Below are positions 54,759 through 64,000 of a stretch of DNA of 64,000 nucleotides, one piece after another. Within the stretch, counting starts at the first letter, position 1; every line of letters begins with the position of its first letter. The DNA comes from Botryllus schlosseri (lineage: Eukaryota): the NCBI GenBank assembly GCA_051294905.1, contig CM119372.1, positions 34,784,001 through 34,848,000 on the forward strand, given 5' to 3'. Below the pieces are notes generated by a model that did not search any database, was not told the origin of the DNA, and saw nothing but the letters and a program-made list of their open reading frames with translations. A program made the translations under genes and the position numbers.

Positions 54759-55125
54759 CTAAAAAAGAATTTTAAGGTTTTATAGCATATGTTATGTTTT
54801 ACTGGCGATTCGATACTGAATATGTTATTGGAAAACGACTATAAATTGGCTTCGACATTAAGGTAACAGTATATAAGTGGATAGCGAGTGTGTGTTGCAT
54901 GTTTGCCCCGTGGATGAGCAAGTGTTCCTCGGGATTCTACAAAATTTGACAATGAACGTACCAGTCAATATATTGTAAATTCTTAACGAAAAACGTGCGT
55001 ATTCACACATGTGTACCACCCCTGATATACGGGTGCGATTCTACACATTAACCAGAACCTAGCCCAGACTGAAACCACGGTATCACCCAAACACAGCATT
55101 TTAACCCAATCGATGCTTGCACGTA

Positions 55126-55567
55126 AGGGTTGCATTTCAAAAACAAACGGTGTTTTAAATTACTTTGTTTAAAACATGTTTTAAACAGTGTTTTAAAAAA
55201 AGGACTTTCTTAAAAAAAAAATTAGGCTGTAAAATTATGCCATAATTGGGTCAATACTTTACAAAAACATGTTGTATGAGTCTAAGGAAAATTACCAACC
55301 GATTTAGCCCACGTATATCGATATGGGATGGTTGGTACCCTCAAAATAGTCGGTTCAACAGCAATAGTACATATATTTCGTCAAAGGAGCTATTTTTACC
55401 CTGTATATTCAATTGTCAATGTCAATCCACTATGGCGTCATAATTGAATATTCGTGACGTCATAGCTTTGAAAAAACTTGAAAAACAATAAAAAAACATG
55501 CTTTAAATTAGGGCCTTGTTTTAAACATGCTTGTTTTAAATTGATTTTTGTTTTAAATGCAACCCTA
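55126..55567. mobile_element. MITE, same family as 6686..7247
   Basis: agggttgcattt...aaatgcaacccta ends and ttttaaaaca-rich subtermini. Confidence 0.75.
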
Positions 55568-55933
55568 CGTATAAGTGACGTTGGAACGTATGTATCCGCG
55601 ATATAATTCTGAGTTAGGTTCTGTTTTTGTGCGCTACCAGCATTTGGGTGTGAATGTGAATGCACACTGTTTTCGCTGAGAGTGTAATCGTTCATGACGA
55701 TTTGATATGTTGATATTTATCCGTAGAGCTAATTAAATAGGTTTGTTTTTTCTTGGGGGGGGGGTATTTATGGTGTTTGTCGACTACTATGGTCCTTTAC
55801 ACCAGGCTTATGTTCCGTAACTGCCGACTTATAGCACGACCCACCTCCAGGCTTTTGTAAGTCTACAGCATTTGGGTGTATATGTGAATGCACAGTGTTT
55901 TCGCTGAGAGTGTAATCGTTCATAACGATTTGA

Positions 55934-57853
55934 CAGTGGCGGCTCGTCCTATAGGGCAACTGGGGCATTGCCCCAACTAAAATTCTCTTCAATAACAATT
56001 CTTTACCATTTATAGACGCACACCAATCTATATATACCGAAACCACAGCGAAAATCGTATTCTTCTTGTCCTTTCGCTTGTAAATGCCCATATATAGCGA
56101 AGTCTCTACGAAAATCGAATTCTCTTCTGTGTTTTTGCTTTGCGAATGCCTAGCCGGGGCATGCCCCGGTAGCGCTCATAACAAGCTTTCACTGTCTATT
56201 CTCTCAAAGCCGCGCACAATAAAGAAACGGTCATTTACTCTCTCCTATTCATAAAATGACCGAGCAACCGGGGCAAATTAGCTCTGTGCCCTTAAGGTGT
56301 GATGTAACAATCGTATCTATAGCTGAACTCGGTTACCGTCATGTGCGTTTAGTCGACCTTTGGTGGTATAGGTCGATTTTGATGGTGTTTCACACCATGA
56401 AAACTCTTGAAACTTGGTATGTCATGTCGTGATGGTGGTATTTAACACTGCCCCAAGTTTCAGGGTTTTTACTTAAAGTTTAGGGTAGTAATTCCGTTTC
56501 CGAAGTTGAGTGTGTGCTGATCCTTCATGTATCGCAAACAGATTTTACTCAAAAGCTGGTATTGGTATCCAATCCATTGATTTTGACGATGTTCAATACT
56601 GAGATCGGCTATGACATTTGGCACGGTAAGTCTTAACGTTAGTATCGAACGCTGTACCAAGTGTAAAGTTTGTCACTGAACTGTGTTAGTGGTAATTTCG
56701 TTTCCTAATTCGAGTGAGAGCTGACTCTCATTTATCGCTAACAGATTATACGCAAGGCCGGTATTGGTCTCTATTGATTTTAACGATGCTCCTTAATTAG
56801 ATCCGTCATAAGCTTTTGAACAGTATGTCTTGATTTTTATATCGAACGTTATGCCAAGTCTCAAGGTTGACACTCAATGATTAGGGCAGTAATTTCGTTA
56901 TCAAGGTCGAGCATGGTAGAGATGCGCTCCGATCTGACACTTTAGCCTTCAACGCATTGCGGATATCACGCAAAAGCCGTTGTATCTGCGGTAACGTTAA
57001 CTGAGATGATGATATCATTCTCAGATTCCATTCAAATATTTACTTTGATATTATATCCTCCAATGTCAATTTCACCGTGAAATTGTGGCCGTCAAGCCAT
57101 TTGCTTACAACCCCCTCAAGCGCGATAGCTATTTAGTTTTCGATGGCGGCTAACAGCTGATCACTTGATCAGCCATTCGGTGTTGGTCTGTTCGCATTAA
57201 TTTTGACAGTGTGCCATACCGAAAAGGGCCATGAGGACACTTCTCGATGATGTCATGTAACAGTGTACTAAGTTTAAGGCTTTCATCCACGTATTTATTC
57301 GGTAATATATATATTCCAAAGGCGATTTCGCAGCAGACCTATAGACAGTAATAAAGCCGTATGTGTCGTGTTACAGTCTCCAGTTTCAAGGCCAAAATCT
57401 TCTATGCTGTACAGAGACCGAATTTCCGAGGCTGCTATTCTTAGTTCTTCAAATGATGTTTTGGATTCAATATGACAGGCCCAATCTATGAGATAACAAT
57501 TGCGTATCTGTCCGAACTCGTTGACCTTTCCAATTAGGCTTACGCTATCTCTCGAGTTATAGTCATTTCCATTTCTGCAGATAATTAGTCAGGCCTAGTG
57601 CGAACATGAACCGTGTTGAATCTTTTTTCCGTACGCCGTTTACGCAGTTACCATACTTCAAGTCACAGCTCACCGGCGGACCTCTCGAGTCTCGTGGCAC
57701 ATACGTTAAAATCACTGTTGCCGGGAAATTCATGTTACCGTACCATCATTAAGTTACTTGTTTACGTTGGAAAACGCGATTGTGACGTCATCTTGATAAA
57801 AAGTCGCTTGCAGCCCTTGCCCCACCACCCGATATTGTCACGAGCCGCCACTG
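55934..57853 (-). mobile_element. Inverted copy of the 1.9-kb element at 32699..34613
   Basis: Same TIRs, perfect TSD cgatttga; inserted in one unit of a local ~100-bp duplication whose other unit (55640..55740) shows the empty site. Confidence 0.95.
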
Positions 57854-58062
57854 CGATTTGATATGTTGATATTTATCCGTAGAGCTAATTAAATAGTGCC
57901 CAACGGTTGTTAACGAGACTGTAAATAGAGGCTGGGAAGTTAAATGTATTCAGTAACATAAGTAGCCTAACCTTTACCTTTCTAAAACAACGACGATCCG
58001 TATTGTCAACGCTTTCAAGACTTTCAAAGGACACTGTATTTTGTAACATATAGTAATTATAC

Positions 58063-58933
58063 TAGGGCAAGTTTTTGAAACTTTTGCAACTTTTTTACAG
58101 CTTCCAACAGCTTCCTAGATACTCGCAATCTATGTACAATGATGTTTTAAGCTGTTTGGAGAGATTTTAGAGTGCATCTTTTTGCAACTTTTATCTATTT
58201 TTCATACCAATTTTGACTGCAACTTTTATCAAATATTACGTTAAAATGAGTGATTTAAAAATATGCAAACTATTTCCAGTTTGGCTCTAATCTCTTTGAT
58301 TGGCATAACAAAGAGCTATATGATGGGTTAGTTGCATCTCACAGTGTTATCCATAGCTCAATGGCTTGGAAGCAAGATGTTAAACTACCCTGCCAGCAAG
58401 ACCGTGTCCGAACAATATCTAAATATATCGCTTTATTAATTCTGTCTTTTAAATTTGAGATGGTTTCCCATTCCACGAACGCCCAGGCGAGACCGCCAAA
58501 AATTACATTTTCATTGGGTCACCTTATTCTGGCTATTGATTTTGTTTAAGTCGCTAAGAATGAGTTTTTCTGCAACGCCTTGGGCCAAGTTTACAGACTT
58601 AGGCGTTTGGGGTGAGTTATTTGACTTGTTTTAGGGAGAGGTGGTTATCGCTATGCAGTTTGGCTTTTTTGAGGAAACTTATTCCCGCATTGCGTCATTT
58701 TCTAGCGATGTAGCTAAGAAAAACATAATTTTTGGTGGTCTCGCCAGAATGTTCGTGAAATGGCAAAGCAGCAAATTTGACAGCTCTGCATGAGCTCGGT
58801 TATACAACTTAACCTTTCGAGTATCTAAAACCTGCTAATTCAACAAAAATTTTAAATGCAACTTTTTACTGCAACCATTGTCGAAATTAAGTGCAACTTT
58901 CTGGCGATTTTAGTGCAACAAAAACTTGCCCTA
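58063..58933. mobile_element. Diverged copy of the tagggcaagttttt MITE
   Basis: Same TIRs and internal similarity to 15164..16040. Confidence 0.88.
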
Positions 58934-59131
58934 GTAATTACAGATAGTGGCGTCAAGTTATTTATAGGTGTATAGCGCCACTGGACTTTTACAGTAATGC
59001 CACTAATACAATTAATGTTAAGAACGACAACATTGTTGCGAAGATAGACAAGTAAGAGCCCATTAACTACTTGTATTAATATAGCATCAGTATATGGTAT
59101 ACCTTTCAATTGGCCAATATTGAAGACTTAC

Positions 59132-59305
59132 AATTTGACGTATAACTTCGTCGCGTCTATGTTCGATTCCAGCTCCTCGCATTTCGAAACCAATATAGTC
59201 AGATTCCCCAGCGCGTTCGCATCCAACGATGAAATGACTGCTGACGAATCGTACGATATTGTAGCATACAAGATCCCCAACCTTGGTTTAGTAGCGCCAG
59301 TTGGG
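59132..59305 (-). CDS. C2-domain exon (N-terminal half)
   Basis: cttcag|...|gtaagt, 174 bp, phase 2-2: PTGATKPRLGILYATISYDSSAVISSLDANALGNLTILVSKCEELESNIDATKLYVK (LGxLxxxxxY...LxxxVxxCxxL...YVK). Confidence 0.72.
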
Positions 59306-59649
59306 CTGAAGTGAATAACCAAGTGTTTTTCCCGGAATTACACCAAAATATAAACACAGATTATGGTACTGCAACATTAAAATTGAGATCCGTTTACACA
59401 GGTTTTATTGCAATAATGTGGCCGCTTTAATAATTTGATCCCCATCAATGAATCAGATCAGAAATACTGCTGCTCATTCAACTAAGACTATGACCGCGAA
59501 CTAACGACTCATCAATTGTATATATATATGTTGCACATGGTGTGAATAACTGTTGATTCGATTTTAATATTGAGCTGGCGGTACAGTGGCTCTATTGTCC
59601 GAACATTTCAGTTAACGTGAGCTTAGCATGCGCTCACCGCAAATACGAC

Positions 59650-62600
59650 AGTAGTATAGTAGATCGGTCGTGACCTGGCAGGGGTTCTTATGGGCGGGGT
59701 GGTGACTCGTATTGAAAACCCGGGGTGGTGACTCGTACTTCCAGACCCCCCTTGTGGTGGTGAGTCGTAATGGGTTCTTATGGACGCGGTCGTGATTCGT
59801 ACTTTCGGGTATAGGCTGCGGCGGTGACTCGTATTGAAAACTCGTGGTCGTGATTCGAACTTTTGGGTATAGGCTGTGGCGGTGACTCGTATTGAAAACT
59901 CGGGGTCGTGATTCGTACTTTTGGGTATAGGCTGTGGTGGTGACTCGTATTGGAAACTCGGGGTCGTGATTCGTACTTTTGGGTATAGGCTGCGGCGGTG
60001 ACTCGTATTGAAAACTCGGGGTCGTGATTCGTACTTTTGGGTATAGGCTGTGGCGGTGACTCGTATTGGAAACTCGGGGTCGTGATTCGTACTTTTGGGT
60101 ATAGGCTGCGGCGGTGAATCGTCTGTCGTGTATTCTTACGGGATCTGTGGTGATTCGCCATGTGTTCTTATGGGCGTGGCGGTGATTCGTACTTTCGAGT
60201 ATAGGCATCTCTCGCGCGGTGTTGAATATGTACGAGTCACCAACAATAACCGCACAAACGGAAACGTGGCTTGCAAGAGGATTAAGCAGTGCGTGCGACC
60301 TATATTTCGAATGACCTGCGCGCTGAATTGTTTCCGTGCAGTCGTGTGCTACTATCGATTATTACACTAGACCAGTCAGTGTGAAATAGTTTGCTAAATC
60401 TAGGAATCAGTCGCATGGTGTTACTTTAGTAATTAGTTTACCACAGAGCCGGCGTAGCCGGTGATTCGAATACCGACAAATTTTCACTTATTTCTGACCC
60501 AACCCTAATCCTCTGTGAAGTTGACGCTTATTCAAAAAGGTGTGAAATAATTGTAAAATCCTAATCCGAAACCGATTATTTCGACTTAGGCGTAGTGCGC
60601 ATTGAAATAGGATTGACAAACATGACTAGCAACTTCCCCACAGTCCCGTTTCGATATTATACACACATTGATTTGAAACAAGTAATGAAACATTACAACT
60701 CTATTCCCGATCCAGCTTTCCGTTTGTCAAAGAGACATTTTAACATCTTACCATACTCAAAAGAATTATTCACAACATTAACAAGTGTTTAAAATCTAGT
60801 TTTCACTTACTTGGCTATATCACTACGACTCGCAAACTTGAATTAATTCATCCTGGTTGTACTCGTATGATCGGTCTTTTTTTTTATTCGATTGAAAAGG
60901 TCGTTACTATTCTGAAGACAAAGTATTTACTAATCGGTGCATATACGATTTGACTTGAACATATTATATTTTGAGTATACGAGATTTGAATGTCTGAACA
61001 ATAACTGAGAAATAATTTATCACAATTAAATCCGTAAAAGATATTTGAATGTCAGCAACTCGGTAAGGTCATAGTTACTACCACATTACCTAATTTACCC
61101 GACCAACTCGTCATGATCATTACCGAAATCAACACAAACATGACTACTAACTTGAGTCAACCACAAAACAGCATCAAGTTTTAAATCCGCTTGTAGCTTA
61201 CGGCTTATTTGAATGCGGGTTATGTTTTGTTGTAATTGAGTGTACGGAAATAGTATTACGTCTCGACATCTCACCATCTTACCATATTCAAAGAGTCAAC
61301 CACGAAAATATTGTCAAGTAAATCCGTTTGTAACTTACCCAACCAACTCAAACAGTATCAGTATGAAAAAAAGCCAAACATACACGAATCCATACAATCA
61401 CTAAAACCTAAAATCCATAACAAGCTTGGTTGTATTCATATCCCTACACATCTTTTTTTTATTCAGCTTGAAAAGTCGTTACTATTCTGTAAGATAGAGG
61501 AATTACTATGCGGTATATTCTACAAGACAAAGTAATTACTACTCGGTATATTTTGTAAGACAAAAGTAATTACTTCTCAGTGACGGCGACTTGAGATTAA
61601 CATAATATGTTTGAGTATACGAGATTTGAAAGTCCGACCAACGTAGTTGAGAATTCATTTCTTACAATCGAACGATGGTGTTATATTCAAAGTTATCATG
61701 CTGTGAACATAAGGATTGACACATTGATTTGACATATGAGATTTGTAATAGTTGATCATTACTTTATTATTAAATTATTTGCGTTAATTAGACCCGGCGT
61801 TGTGGTAAATGTTATGACAGCAACAAACTTTTCAGTACCAATGTTATTAACGTATTAAGCTGTAAAACTATGTGTGTCTGAAATGTTCTTGATAGGAAAA
61901 TTACTCCACCTTGGTAAAAATCACTCTGCGTATCGCGGATATCAGAAAATATTTCCAGTAACCAAGACTAAAGATGAAACGACAATATCGGTATTATTAC
62001 ATTCAACAATCAGTGCAATTATTAAAATCTATCGTTTGCGATAAACAGCACTAAAGATGTAATAATTCCAGTATTCATACATTGAACATCCGATACAAAA
62101 TGCTTTATTATCCCGATTCCCAACGGGTAATTGAAACGACTAAGTGTAGAATCAGTATATCACAATATCGTTACTATTGAATCCAACGATTTATTGTCGG
62201 AATTTGTGACAGAGAATTGAAACACATGCACTTTACAGAGTGTGAAAATATCACTTTGAGTATCGAGTACCGTTCGAAGCTAGCGATCAATTCTTAATCA
62301 TTTCAGTAACTCCCCATTGTGCGTGCTAAATGTAAAATATCGCGAGGTTATACACTCTAAGACTTTGAATATTGCAAAAGTAAATTGTGATATGTTTGTT
62401 AGATGCATCCAATTCAACTAGAAGTGTCTAGTGCCCAACACTCGTAATATCGAAAAAGTACTTGCTACACTGTTATTTGCTAAACGTGTTTTGCATTGTT
62501 GTTCATTTCTAGTATTGATTGAAATCATTCTCGAACCCTCAAATAATAATTCCCGACATGAAACCAAGCCGCTGAAAGTCGTTACCATCACGAAGAAACA

Positions 62601-64000
62601 ATGTGTACGATGTTTATCAAATGTGTCCTACCTGGCCAACAGAAAACAATTTTCACTCACTCGAAATGAAACCAATGTGATGGTCTCCATTCGATATTTT
62701 GTTTGTGTCAAATACTTTGCAATGAACACATTTGCGTGGTTGAGCTTTACATCATCAAGCTGTTATTTGTTAATCAAGATTTCGGTAAACTTGTAAATGT
62801 ATCGTTTAACTAACCAACATTTAGCAAATGTTGAACATACCACTTCGAAATACTGCGTTGATCGTAATTTCCATCATCGTGATAATCGAAGTACATTTCT
62901 TTCGAATTCGTAACAACCGGCGTTTCTACGACATGATAAATTTTTGACAAGTTATGCTTAGAAGATTGGTTGCATATCGCTACTCCATGGTTACTCCATT
63001 GATCGATATTTTCAAACGAGTAAAATTTATTACTTGAGTTTCTCCGCTTAATGTAAATGCAAACTCAGCCGTCTTTTAACATCACAAAGGCATTGATAAA
63101 AAGTAGACAATCAAACGCTACAAGTTTAACTTTTGTAGGTTGTGTATGCTTACCCCACGCAACTCATTTCTTACCAAAAGTAGATGAAATATATTCATGG
63201 TACACGAAAATACTCGACATTCCCATGCTACGAACCTGTACAATGATTGGTGACGCTTTCAAAACTGTTTCGATACCTCAAGGCCTTTATTGTCTGAATG
63301 GATGTTCATGTATCTTAATAATCAAATAGTTCAACACAGAACTAGTACGAACAGAAACACTAGAGTTGTTTACACAAAAGTTTGTATGTGTACACAGTAT
63401 GCGAATACCATGTGCAAGTCCAGCACAATTGTGGTATCCACCCGAGTTTAGTTAACACAATTTACGACACCGAGGTAGCGTCATCTTTCGTAAAACAACA
63501 AACCAACCAAGCCTTCAGGATATGTCCATGTCATAGCAATAAATCAGCTACTCCAACAACAGAGTACATATGTTTTTAGTTACGGTGCTTACATCTTACA
63601 CACAAATCAATCTACTTTGCTAACGAAAAGTGCTGAGTCATCACATGATTGCCCTCGCAACAAAACAGCTAGAAGATATTATCATTCAAAAATATTCCTA
63701 ACCCTTTGCCCACCAGTGACAAATCATACAACAAACATTTTTTGTGAGTCGAATTGTTGTTCAGTGTCAAGTCTACCTGTTGAAACGTACATTAAACAGT
63801 CACAATTAAATTAAAACCACGAATCTATTTTCATTTCGTCACAAACTGTCACATACAGAAAAATAAATTTTCTTTTCACAACACATACTTGTAACCAATC
63901 GCTTTCATTAAACACACAACTTCATAAAAGTATTTACTTTCTACAACATAGACATTCCGATGTAGTCAAGAAATATTTTTATTAATCAAAATCATCGATT
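59650..64000 (-). mobile_element. Large unclassified dispersed element, copy B (runs off window)
   Basis: Reverse-complement similarity to 26673..31822; position 64000 aligns to ~26673. Confidence 0.75.
59690..60210 (-). repeat. 58-bp tandem repeat (two related ~29-bp halves)
   Basis: ggtgactcgtattgaaaactcggggtcgtgattcgtacttttgggtataggctg recurs at 59881, 59939 and 59997; explains the repetitive ORFs 59612..60208 and 59778..60161. Confidence 0.93.

Larger units (their letters stand above)
51028..59305 (-). pseudogene. Multi-C2-domain protein gene (divergent, synaptotagmin-like topology), apparently disrupted
   Basis: Phase-compatible minus-strand exons 59132..59305, 54547..54758, 54009..54096 (1-nt frameshift), ~52120..52293 (in-frame TAA at 52251..52253), 51426..51570, 51028..51207 with C2 beta-strand patterns. 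Confidence 0.6.

Noticed and set aside
59612..60208. 198-aa and 127-aa repetitive ORFs (also 31230..31784)
   Set aside because: Products of a 58-bp tandem repeat; the unit is not a multiple of 3, so the peptide cycles through frames.
59690..60210. Possible CRISPR array
   Set aside because: Head-to-tail repeats without unique spacers, no cas genes, eukaryotic context.
26673..64000. Apparent second, older giant palindrome centred near 45.3-45.7 kb (26673..31822 vs 59650..64000 and 32699..34613 vs 55934..57853 are in mirrored order and orientation)
   Set aside because: The two 1.9-kb elements have different TSDs (ttggatac vs cgatttga) and unrelated flanks, and the sequence between is not mirrored, so these are independent insertions.

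Overview
AT-rich eukaryotic (animal) genomic DNA with spliceosomal GT-AG introns and very dense non-autonomous hAT-type MITEs (8-bp TSDs). The repeat content suggests a marine invertebrate, perhaps a tunicate, but this is an unverified inference. Main structure: a near-perfect giant inverted repeat (arms 1..11508 and 13163..24670, position x pairs with 24671-x) around a 1654-bp spacer; the left arm runs off the window. Each arm holds a Penelope-like retroelement remnant (GIY-YIG, pseudo-LTRs with minimal hammerhead motifs), several MITEs and the first exons of a class-A GPCR that point toward the centre; I found no downstream exons. The rest contains a paralogous GPCR fragment (TM1-TM2 exons, 41027..42030, +), a multi-C2-domain gene or pseudogene on the minus strand (51028..59305), two inverted diverged copies of an unclassified >5-kb element ending in a tandem-repeat array, tRNA-derived SINEs and deeply nested MITEs. 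Most ORFs in the supplied track look spurious; the real coding signal is in short spliced exons.
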